DNA from: Alkalilimnicola ehrlichii MLHE-1
Lineage (GTDB): Bacteria; Pseudomonadota; Gammaproteobacteria; Nitrococcales; Halorhodospiraceae
NCBI RefSeq assembly: GCF_000014785.1
Contig: NC_008340.1
Coordinates: forward strand, 1,740,001 to 1,772,000
DNA length: 32,000 nucleotides
Direction of reading: 5' to 3'
Positions 25,401-32,000 of the stretch are shown piece by piece. The notes under the pieces are model-generated. The model ran no database searches. It saw only the letters and a program-made list of their open reading frames with translations, and had not been told where the DNA came from. Every line of letters begins with the position of its first letter. The stretch's first letter is position 1. The position numbers were made by a program, and so were the translations under genes.

Positions 25401-25812
25401 ACTCTATCTGCTACGTAACCTGAGCAAGGGCCGCGGCGTAGGCTTCTTTGAGGCAGGTAACTTCCATCCCGATTTCATCGTTTGGTTGATCGCTGATGGT
25501 CAGGAGTACATCTCGTTCGTCGATCCCAAAGGGATTCGAAACCTCGGTGCCCAGGACCCGAAAATCCAGTTCCACCAGACCATCAAGGAAATCGAAGATC
25601 GGCTTGGCGATTCAACTGTGACGCTGAACAGTTTCGTGATTTCCAATACGCCAGCGCATGAGATGCGATTGCTTTGGGGGGTGGACAAGGCGCAGATGGA
25701 AGCCTGGCATGTTCTTTTCCAGCAGGAGGACAAGGCCAGTTATATCGATTCGCTACTCGCCAAATCACTTGAGCCTGTCAAGTCTCCCGCGAAGGGATCC
25801 GTTTCCAAGTAA
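22498..25812 (+). CDS. Type III restriction enzyme Res-like DEAD/DEAH helicase-nuclease
   Basis: Walker [33 protein letters not shown]-like motif, [24 protein letters not shown] context, [34 protein letters not shown]-terminal PD-(D/E)XK-like [24 protein letters not shown]. Confidence 0.9.
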   Translation: MPPRRRNNRPQVPFAYKLVLNQWLFSLFGLASTDGFFTWNGKRLPLLEAFKQKFQLSEDSAGGLDENNIHRFHTALTNQTDPLPELPADLLLEYDQNIVRHTQRLNERRLARGEEAIAWKYFQYLSLLFTEIYLDRYFSDADALLASINEQIERYNADKPEPDQVPNLDPEGDVTGQLNKLAFWSATGSGKTLIMHANILQYQHYLTKHRRRRELNRIILLTPNEGLSQQHLRDFQAAGIEAELFDKNGRGLFAGQAVEIIDINKLRDEMGDKTVAVDAFENNNLVLIDEGHRGASSGETGTWMRFRNALCEQGFSFEYSATFGQAVKRSSQLAAQYERCVLFDYSYKYFYGDGYGKDYQILNLDPQTQENTMEVYLVACLLSFFQQLRLYREQAVACRPFNIEKPLWIFVGGRVTASLSTKDASDIVEILRFLARFLGDRAGSTARIRRVLEEGLIAADGRNLFARRFAYLNGLGLSAEQLFEEVQASLFNAAGGGALHVENLKGVPGEIALRVGDNEPFGVINVGNDSRLCSLCENEDGLLVGDRDFKGSLFQSINAPDSSVNVLIGSKKFTEGWNSWRVSTMGLMNVGSTEGSQIIQLFGRGVRLKGYDGSLKRSARVNLPEDVARPGHLPTLETLNIFGIKADYMAQFREFLEEEGLPSNEERIEFLLPVIRNLGQKQLKTIRLKKTINGVSTQFGDAFKKLGPVPTLARPDPAQEAATRYLQTNPVVLNWYPKIQAMRSSGVGAVEEDRQPDQGALSKRHIAFLDLDALYFELQRFKAERAWHNLNLPRDVLPELLADQSWYRLLIPESELAFDSFEKIHLWQELAEALLKKYCERYYSFRKKEWELPHLEYRYLDANDPNFPQVNEDFPEGYHRILVEESQTEIVAKLKELKAQIDAGTLKPWQFGGLQAIPFGRHLYEPLLHLAGSTVEISPAPLNQGERRFVEDLRDYCDSKPALLQDKELYLLRNLSKGRGVGFFEAGNFHPDFIVWLIADGQEYISFVDPKGIRNLGAQDPKIQFHQTIKEIEDRLGDSTVTLNSFVISNTPAHEMRLLWGVDKAQMEAWHVLFQQEDKASYIDSLLAKSLEPVKSPAKGSVSK

Positions 25813-25827
25813 CGTAAGAACGGCGTA

Positions 25828-25908
25828 CTTATGGGGATCGAGTAGGAGGGGGTGTTACCACCCCCGTCCTCTCACACCACCGGGCATACGGTTCCGTACC
25901 ACGGCGGT
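25828..25908 (-). mobile_element. Group II intron 3' RNA end (domain V/VI-like) remnant
   Basis: The minus strand reads GAACCGCCGTGGTACGGAACCGTATGCCCGGTGGTGTGAGAGGACGGGGGTGGTAACACCCCCTCCTACTCGATCCCCAT directly downstream of a maturase C-terminus, consistent with a bacterial group II intron 3' end. Confidence 0.7.
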
Positions 25909-26093
25909 TCACGTAAGACGCTTGAGCCCATGGTAGTGGTCCATCAGCGATACCAGTTGAAGCTGATCAAAGTGCTTCTTGGGCAGCGCCTGGTTCAGGT
26001 GCGACGCCCCGGCATTCCACCACGGGCCACGCCCGTTGGTGGCACTGCGCCAGGCCCGCTCCTCGCCCAGTCCCCCGAAGTTCGACACCTCAA
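25909..26093 (-). pseudogene. Group II intron reverse transcriptase/maturase, C-terminal fragment
   Basis: The minus-strand frame ending at TGA (25909-25911) encodes EVSNFGGLGEERAWRSATNGRGPWWNAGASHLNQALPKKHFDQLQLVSLMDHYHGLKRLT, the characteristic RT/maturase C-terminus. Confidence 0.85.
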
Positions 26094-26228
26094 GCGGGCC
26101 TGTTTACGCCAATTGTACAAGGTCGCCGCGGAAATCCCCTCGGCCTCGGCCACATCAGGGACAGTGCGGTTCATCGGTGGTGCCAGCTTGCGCAGGACAG
26201 CTTCCTTACGCTCCGCGGAGTAGTGCTT
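26094..26228 (-). pseudogene. N-terminal fragment of the same OrfA-like transposase as at 9100-9550
   Basis: MKHYSAERKEAVLRKLAPPMNRTVPDVAEAEGISAATLYNWRKQAR, then abrupt transition to intron RT sequence. The 5' leader GCCCTATCGGTCAACGTAGTTGTCGCCTC (minus strand) matches the leader at about 9050-9080. Confidence 0.85.
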
Positions 26229-26445
26229 CATGGTTGTCACCTGCTGGTTGCATAGAGGCGACAACTACGTTGACCGATAGGGCACTGCGCTCCCACGCAT
26301 AATGCTCTGTGTGTGAGCATACTAATACTGTACGCTTATAATAAATATTTATTTGAGAGAAAGACGCTGAACACTCACTTCCTCGGTACGCGGCCAGTGA
26401 GAACGCATGACATGAGCCTCATCTTTCCAACTCAACGCTTGAAAT

Positions 26446-26796
26446 CTATCTGAGCATATCCCTCAACCTGCTTCTCCTGCTATCTGATTCATCCAAAACA
26501 TCATCTAAATTATCCTTCAGCACCTCATTTTCTGACTCGAGCTCTTTATTTTTTCGGATTAGATTGTCCTGTATTGAAATGAGACTTTTAATGACCTGCT
26601 CCGGATCATCAAAGTCGATTTCTTCTGGTCGGACATCCCCACCGGAGAGCCCCGCTCTCTCTGCTTGGGAGAGCGCACGCTCCACTTCTGACTTAACTGC
26701 CCGGTCAAGCACGTACCGAGCGGCATCCTCACTGCTACAGGCTACAACGGCGACTGCAACAACAACACCCAGGATCACAGAATTAATCTTAGCCAT
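26446..26796 (-). CDS. Small putative lipoprotein with coiled-coil C-terminus
   Basis: Signal peptide with lipobox VVAC (MAKINSVILGVVVAVAVVACSSEDAARYVLD), followed by LIRKNKELESENEVLKDNLDDVLDESDSRRSRL. Overlaps the end of the upstream gene by 8 nt. Confidence 0.7.
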   Translation of the reverse strand: MAKINSVILGVVVAVAVVACSSEDAARYVLDRAVKSEVERALSQAERAGLSGGDVRPEEIDFDDPEQVIKSLISIQDNLIRKNKELESENEVLKDNLDDVLDESDSRRSRLRDMLR

Positions 26797-27874
26797 TACT
26801 TTCCTTCCGGGATTCCGGACCCCCCTTTAGCCAGGCAATTGATCGCTTCGCGAAATTCTCTGCGATATGACGCCTCGGCACGAGACAAAACAACCTATGG
26901 AAAACAGGAAAAACTCGATCCACCATCCCACGCTGTAGCAACACCATGGCAATGGAAAGTGGCATCATCTTCAGAAGGTTAAACAAAAAAACAAGCGCGT
27001 AAAACGCATAAAACCCGTCTAGCCGATCCTCGTCAGAAAAACCCCATATGTCAAGAAACTCATTCGCCGATGCGAGCTTGAACGCATCAAGAATAAGGTA
27101 CATATTTATTAGCGGCCGGGATATTTCATTACCCCCCAAACTCGGCACCTGATTATTTTCTGCATACTCAATGAAGTCAATCTGCCCGAGATCTGAATTG
27201 TAATCGTAGCCTACATTAGAAACAAAAAAAGAATGAAGGTCTTTCGCACTCAGCACACCCGCAAGAACGACATTAATAACAACGATGGCCAGGATTAACC
27301 CCAAAACATTTCGACCAGCATCACCTCCTGCGCCCGCGCTTTCAGAACCGTCTCTTCCAGCCTTAATATCTCCATCTTTATTTTCTATAGGACTGCAACT
27401 TTTTGGAGAACCCTCATTCTCACCAGAAGCACTTGCTGCATCCTTCGAAATATTTCTATCTTGAATACCTTTGACTGCAGCGCTCCCCAAGAAATAAGAG
27501 ACAAAGAAAGCACATATCAAAAGCAGAAAGAAGACAGGAACCACACCATGACTTATAACCGCTCCTTTCGCAACCAGAGAAAAGATAATGGACAATATAA
27601 AGGCAAAAGCCGCAGACCCTAATAGCTGCCAGGCGGACCCACTTTTCTCAAAGAACGCACGAAGCACGGAACCTTTCTCAAAGAATACTTTTACGGAGTT
27701 TCGCAGCACCATCTGAACATCATAGGCAGCACCCCATAAAACCAAAAAAACCACACCAAAAAGCAAAGAAAAACCAAGATCAGTTCTTCCAAATAGAAAA
27801 ACCAAACCGAAAAAAGGGATCATTGACACCAAGACTAAACACCACCTTTTGGAACGACCCATTACTCCCCCCAC
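26789..27874 (-). CDS. Multi-pass membrane protein of unknown function (start may be the ATG at 27862)
   Basis: Multiple hydrophobic segments (LVLVSMIPFFGLVFLF, SLLFGVVFLVLWGAAY, VVPVFFLLLICAFFVSYFL, LGLILAIVVINVVLAGVL, FYAFYALVFLFNLLKMM); low-GC ORF. Confidence 0.7.
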   Translation of the reverse strand: MGGVMGRSKRWCLVLVSMIPFFGLVFLFGRTDLGFSLLFGVVFLVLWGAAYDVQMVLRNSVKVFFEKGSVLRAFFEKSGSAWQLLGSAAFAFILSIIFSLVAKGAVISHGVVPVFFLLLICAFFVSYFLGSAAVKGIQDRNISKDAASASGENEGSPKSCSPIENKDGDIKAGRDGSESAGAGGDAGRNVLGLILAIVVINVVLAGVLSAKDLHSFFVSNVGYDYNSDLGQIDFIEYAENNQVPSLGGNEISRPLINMYLILDAFKLASANEFLDIWGFSDEDRLDGFYAFYALVFLFNLLKMMPLSIAMVLLQRGMVDRVFPVFHRLFCLVPRRHIAENFAKRSIAWLKGGPESRKESNG

Positions 27875-27892
27875 GCAGGATGTTCCCGAATT

Positions 27893-29086
27893 TTATTGCC
27901 ATAGCGACAAGGGTTGTCCAGTTGTAACAACCGCTCCATAGCGGCATTTTATGGTGATCGTATCACGCCATATGACCCATACAACATCGAGAGCCTCCAC
28001 CTCGTGGCGGCCAGGTAGCTGACCGAACCCATCCGTGAAATACACCAGCACCCTCGGCGGATCCGACTTCAAGGCCTCGAACACCGGCCTGAAGTCCGTC
28101 CCCCCACCCCCCTTCAGAATCATCTCAGGCCTCAGATCCGCAGCAGTCACGTACTCATCGCTCTGGATATCGGCATCCGCTTGGATCAACCGAATCCGCG
28201 TATCCGGCCACTGACCCGCAATGCCCCGCAACTCTGCCAGGAACGCGGGCAGGTAGTCCTGCGTGCTGCCGCTGGTGTCGATGGCCACCGCCAGGTCCAC
28301 CCGCTCCCGCGCCGGCCCGGGCAGGTAAAGCTCACGACTGAGGTACCTGCGGTTCGGTGTGGTCCATTGACGCCTGCCCGGGTCCAGGCGGGGAACAAGG
28401 TAGCGTCTCAGGACAGTCTGCCAGGGCACTTGCGGACGGGTCAGGCTGCGCACCAGGCTGCCCATGACGCCGGGCAGACGCCCGATGCCCCGACCACCGT
28501 GGCCCCGGGCCTGCACTTGCTGCCAGGCCCCCACCACCCGTTGCTGCCAACCTTTCCAGATACGCTCGTCGGGTCGCGGGCAGAGGTCGGGATCGCTACG
28601 GCCAAGGGACGGGGCGCGCCAGGTGTGCCTGTCCCGGAATCGGCCCCGGCCCTCATCCGTCAGGTCCTCCGGCAGAACCTCGTAGATGGACTCTGCGCTC
28701 CATCCGCGCCAGTGCCGTCTGTACAGCGCGCCTTTGGGCACGGTCATGCCGGTCTCCGCGAGCAGGCCATTCACCTCGTAGTCCACCGCGTGATTCCACC
28801 GGACCGTGTCCCGACCCTGGCGGCGCAGGTGATGCAGGGCCGCGCAGTGCCATACCTCGTGCGCCAGCACGAAGAGCCGGTCCTCGTCGCTGAGCCGGCA
28901 GAGAAAGTTCGCATTGCCGAAAACCGTGCGGCCATCGGTGGCAGCGGTGGGCAGGGCCCCGTCCACCACCGGTTGCAGTTCCAGTTGCATGGCCAGCATG
29001 CCGATGAACGGCTGCTCGAAGACCAGCCGCGCCCGGTCGTTCTCCCACAGCGCGAGCGCCTTTTCCTTGACCTCGGCCCGCTTCAT
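27893..29086 (-). CDS. vWA-like / putative metallopeptidase (DUF2201-type)
   Basis: LFVLAHEVWHCAALHH (HExxH-like, metallopeptidase region) and C-terminal VDLAVAIDTSGSTQDYLPAFLAEL, LKGGGGTDFRPVFEAL, RVLVYFTDGFGQLP. Start chosen at ATG 29084-29086, overlapping the MoxR stop. Confidence 0.87.
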   Translation of the reverse strand: MKRAEVKEKALALWENDRARLVFEQPFIGMLAMQLELQPVVDGALPTAATDGRTVFGNANFLCRLSDEDRLFVLAHEVWHCAALHHLRRQGRDTVRWNHAVDYEVNGLLAETGMTVPKGALYRRHWRGWSAESIYEVLPEDLTDEGRGRFRDRHTWRAPSLGRSDPDLCPRPDERIWKGWQQRVVGAWQQVQARGHGGRGIGRLPGVMGSLVRSLTRPQVPWQTVLRRYLVPRLDPGRRQWTTPNRRYLSRELYLPGPARERVDLAVAIDTSGSTQDYLPAFLAELRGIAGQWPDTRIRLIQADADIQSDEYVTAADLRPEMILKGGGGTDFRPVFEALKSDPPRVLVYFTDGFGQLPGRHEVEALDVVWVIWRDTITIKCRYGAVVTTGQPLSLWQ

Positions 29087-30258
29087 GCCGACACGCCGTC
29101 CCAGCGCTGCGCGAAGGCCTGGCCGTGCCGCTCGCTCCATGCGTTGAAGGCCGGGTGCATCAGCAGTCGCTCGGAGCGGCGCTCGGTTTCTGCCTCGTCC
29201 GGCGCGTTCAGTGCATCCACCAGGGCCAGGGTGGCAAAGTCCGACGGCAGTGCCAGGGTGAGCCGGAAGAAGCCTTCCACGAGTGCATCCGAGCCCCCTT
29301 GCGGCCCCTGCCAGAGGTAGTAAACCGCTGCGGCACACAGGGCATAGCGGTGGTCGGCCCGCTCGGGGATAGTGATTTCCGCCTCTCCGCGCAGCATCGC
29401 CGGGACGTCGGGCAGAGTACGGTGCCAGGCACGAAAGGCCATCAGCTCCACTCCGGCACCGGGGCCGACCAGGCCCTGGACCAGCAGGCTCACGTCCTCC
29501 TGCGGCAGCCCGGTCCGCTCCGCCCGGTGCAACGTGTCGCTGACCCGCTCCCAGGTCCGTGGCGAGGGCCAGCCCCGCTCCAGGTTGCCGTCCATGGAGA
29601 AAAAGGCGTGGGGCTGGAAGCGCAGGAAGCCGATCACGTCCGGGTGGATGCCTCGGCTCCGGGCCCAGGGCAGCCAGGATTCCAGGTCCGGGGTGATCTC
29701 CAGGTGACAGAGCCGGTTGGCCAGCGCGCTGGAGAACGTGGTGGCCACGGCCCGGTCCTCGCTGCGATTGCCGGCCGCGCAGACCATCCATCCGGGGGGC
29801 AGTTCGTAGAGACTGCCGAGACGACGGTCGAGGATGATCTCGTAGACAGCGACCTGCAGGCTGCGATCCGCGGCGGTGAGTTCGTCGAACAGGATGATGC
29901 CGCGGCTGTCCCGGTCCCGTGGCCAGTCGGAGGAGAGCAGCCAGTCCACGGCTTCGTCCTTCGGCACGGGCAGACCACGGATATCCACCGGATCGCGCTG
30001 GGCGAGACGGATGTCGATGAAGTCGATCCCCTCCTCTTCGCACAGCTCGCGGATCACGGTGCTCTTGCCCACGCCGGGCGGCCCCCAGAGCATCATCGGC
30101 GGCACGGCGTGCGGGGCCTCGGGATGGTCCCACAGGGCGTGCAACTGATGACGCAGCAGACGACGGACGCGCGCCACGTCCGTGCCGGGTGTGGATGGGA
30201 CATCCGGGGCGAGATCGGGCATGTCGGTTCTGGACCGGGATCGGACGGGACGGTTCAT
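29083..30258 (-). CDS. MoxR-like AAA+ ATPase
   Basis: MMLWGPPGVGKSTVIRELCEE Walker A, DSRGIILFDELTAADRSLQVAVYEIILDRR Walker B, MVCAAGNRSEDRAVATTFSSALANRLCHLEI (sensor 1/Arg finger context). Confidence 0.92.
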   Translation of the reverse strand: MNRPVRSRSRTDMPDLAPDVPSTPGTDVARVRRLLRHQLHALWDHPEAPHAVPPMMLWGPPGVGKSTVIRELCEEEGIDFIDIRLAQRDPVDIRGLPVPKDEAVDWLLSSDWPRDRDSRGIILFDELTAADRSLQVAVYEIILDRRLGSLYELPPGWMVCAAGNRSEDRAVATTFSSALANRLCHLEITPDLESWLPWARSRGIHPDVIGFLRFQPHAFFSMDGNLERGWPSPRTWERVSDTLHRAERTGLPQEDVSLLVQGLVGPGAGVELMAFRAWHRTLPDVPAMLRGEAEITIPERADHRYALCAAAVYYLWQGPQGGSDALVEGFFRLTLALPSDFATLALVDALNAPDEAETERRSERLLMHPAFNAWSERHGQAFAQRWDGVSA

Positions 30259-31952
30259 ATGGACGCCTCCTGGGGGGTCTCGGTATCGATGCTGAAGGCG
30301 TGGGTGCGGACGCGAGCGATGGCCGCCGCGGCGGCCTGCTGGCGCAGGTCCTCCTGCAGCCAGTTCAACTTCCGGCTCACGACCATCAACCGGGGTCGGG
30401 CCGGGGCATAGCCATGCTGCGCGAGGGTGATGAACAGCGGGGCGCCGTGCTCCGGCGTGAGCCGGTCCCGCGCGAACGCGAAGATCAGATCGGCCAGCGC
30501 CCGGTCACGTAGCCGGACGGCGAGTTGCAACACCGCCTGCACCGCGTCGTGGATCGCCCGGTTCATGTACCCCCGGCGGGTGATGCGGCGCAGTCCCTTG
30601 TCGATGGCCTGCGTCCAGTCGTCCGGCCAGTCGTCGCCACGGCCATGCCAGCGGCGCAGCGTCCAGGCCAGCCCGTGCAGGGTGTGCGGATCCCCCGGGC
30701 AGTGCAGCAACCGCCCGAAGCCCTCGCCCACCGGCTGATCCGCAACCGCCCGGTAGAGGGCCAGGTCAGAGGCCCGCCCCTCCAGCCAGAGATCGCTGTT
30801 GAAATCCCAGTGCCAGCGGTTGCCCGCCACCCGAAGGGCCTCGTCCATGTCGGGGGGCCGTTTCGGCTGGCTTCTGACCCGCAGGTGGAGCAGGCACCGC
30901 AGGCGCCAGAGCAGTTCCGGGTCATGCTCATCCAGTGCCTCCTCCAGCGCGCGCAGCGCGGAGAGGCGCTGGGCGCGGGTGCGCTCCAGCCACGTCCAGC
31001 CGTACAGGGTGGATAGCGCGTCGTCTCGATCTCGGTGGGTGCCGAGCAACTGCCGGACGCCGTTGGCCTCACTGCCATACCAGCCCAGGGCGCCGTTCAG
31101 GACCGGGAAATGGCCGTGGGTGGTGATGGCGTGCACGCCGCCCGGGACGTGCAGGTGGTTCACGCGGGGGCTGCGCTGGATGACCACCTCGACGGTCTCG
31201 GCGTGGACATCGAAGAAGCTACAGCGCTGGAACGTGAGGCGACGCCAGCCCCCCTTGGCATGCAGGATCGCACCGCGGTGGCCGCAGTCGGTCATGTGCA
31301 GCACGCCGTCCTCGTTGTATGCCTCGCTCAGGCCCGGGCAGGTGCGGAGCTGCACCCGCACGCCGGTCCTGGCGAGTCGGAGTCGGGCCAGCGCCTCGGC
31401 GTCGGTGGCGACCAGGTGGTCGAGCCGCCCCGACGCCTCCACGTGCACGTCGACCAGGCCCTGCGGCCGGTGCAGCCAGACCTGGCGCAGGGCCGGCGGC
31501 ACGGTCCAGGAGCGGGGCAGCGATGGTGAGAGGGCCACCCAGCCCTCCACCGGGCAATCCGGTGGCGAGGGTTGAATGGCGACACCGTTGAGAGGCCGGG
31601 CATGCCGTGGCGCCTGCACCTCAAAGGTACCCCCGGACCAGCAGCAATCCAGCCGCTCGACGGCCCCAAGGACGAGTAATTCGGGTCGGCCATCCCCGGC
31701 GTCCAGGTGCACGGTCGCCCCGGTGTCGCCCGCCGGCAAGCGGATCCATTCAAGACGGGCGCAATCCTGCAGGGTCAGGTGCAACCCGGGCGGACAATGC
31801 GCCAGATCCAGGCCGACAAGGTCGGGACTGCGGGCCACGTCCAGTGCCCGCAGATGGCCATGCGCTACCCGCACGCGGCCCGCCAAGTCGGTAAGGGTTG
31901 CACCGCCGCAGTGGTCCGGAATGACGTCGGGGTCTGATAGTGAATCAGTCAT
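30255..31952 (-). CDS. Hypothetical 565-aa protein with N-terminal repeat-like (beta/LRR-like) region, coupled to MoxR
   Basis: Long ORF with SD-like GAGG upstream; ATGA overlap with the MoxR-like gene. N-terminal leucine/aspartate-rich irregular repeats (LRALDVARSPDLVGLDLAHCPPGLHLTLQDCARLEWIRL). No recognised catalytic motif. Confidence 0.75.
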   Translation of the reverse strand: MTDSLSDPDVIPDHCGGATLTDLAGRVRVAHGHLRALDVARSPDLVGLDLAHCPPGLHLTLQDCARLEWIRLPAGDTGATVHLDAGDGRPELLVLGAVERLDCCWSGGTFEVQAPRHARPLNGVAIQPSPPDCPVEGWVALSPSLPRSWTVPPALRQVWLHRPQGLVDVHVEASGRLDHLVATDAEALARLRLARTGVRVQLRTCPGLSEAYNEDGVLHMTDCGHRGAILHAKGGWRRLTFQRCSFFDVHAETVEVVIQRSPRVNHLHVPGGVHAITTHGHFPVLNGALGWYGSEANGVRQLLGTHRDRDDALSTLYGWTWLERTRAQRLSALRALEEALDEHDPELLWRLRCLLHLRVRSQPKRPPDMDEALRVAGNRWHWDFNSDLWLEGRASDLALYRAVADQPVGEGFGRLLHCPGDPHTLHGLAWTLRRWHGRGDDWPDDWTQAIDKGLRRITRRGYMNRAIHDAVQAVLQLAVRLRDRALADLIFAFARDRLTPEHGAPLFITLAQHGYAPARPRLMVVSRKLNWLQEDLRQQAAAAAIARVRTHAFSIDTETPQEASI

Positions 31953-32000
31953 TCGGTTGCCCTCCTCTGCCGGGTTTGCCGCCAGTGTCGACCGGCCGTG

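Noticed and set aside
25995-26264. 89-aa minus-strand ORF as an intact small HTH transposase
   Set aside because: Only the first half matches the transposase; the remainder is out-of-frame group II intron RT sequence, so it is a chimeric artefact.
27893-30133. 746-aa minus-strand ORF as a single protein
   Set aside because: The first part is an out-of-frame reading of the MoxR-like gene (Arg/Gly/Pro-rich, no motifs). The genuine vWA/metallopeptidase protein starts at ATG 29084-29086, overlapping the MoxR stop.

Overview
The window starts in ordinary chromosomal sequence: a mogA-like gene, a small hypothetical gene and an alpha/beta hydrolase. At about 2.23-2.28 kb there is a 3' half-tRNA-Val(CAC) fragment with its own terminator, which looks like the left attachment scar of an integrative element. 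The rest of the window, out to 32 kb, reads as a genomic island. It holds two identical inverted 1604-bp IS3-type copies sandwiching an IS21-type istA/istB element. One copy has cut off the 5' end of a tyrosine recombinase gene. Further on are a truncated transposase gene and a complete IS66-type element. Next is a tightly packed co-directional module (about 12.0-25.8 kb): RHH/CopG-like regulator, SNF2 helicase, Type III Mod-like adenine methyltransferase, PHP+AAA ATPase (TrlF/Ppl-like), AlbA_2/RecG-like ATP-binding protein, and DEAD/DEAH helicase with a Type III Res-like nuclease motif. This composite R-M/defence-like operon is the main candidate for an unusual system. It is closed on the right by a group II intron RT 3' remnant and an inverted remnant of the same transposase found at 9.1 kb. 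A second, minus-strand block (26.4-31.95 kb) contains a lipoprotein, a membrane protein, a vWA-like/DUF2201-type protein, a MoxR-like AAA+ ATPase and a 565-aa unknown. The last three overlap by ATGA and may form another NTPase-vWA system. No CRISPR array or intact tRNA was seen. All family assignments come from reading motifs by eye, without database searches.
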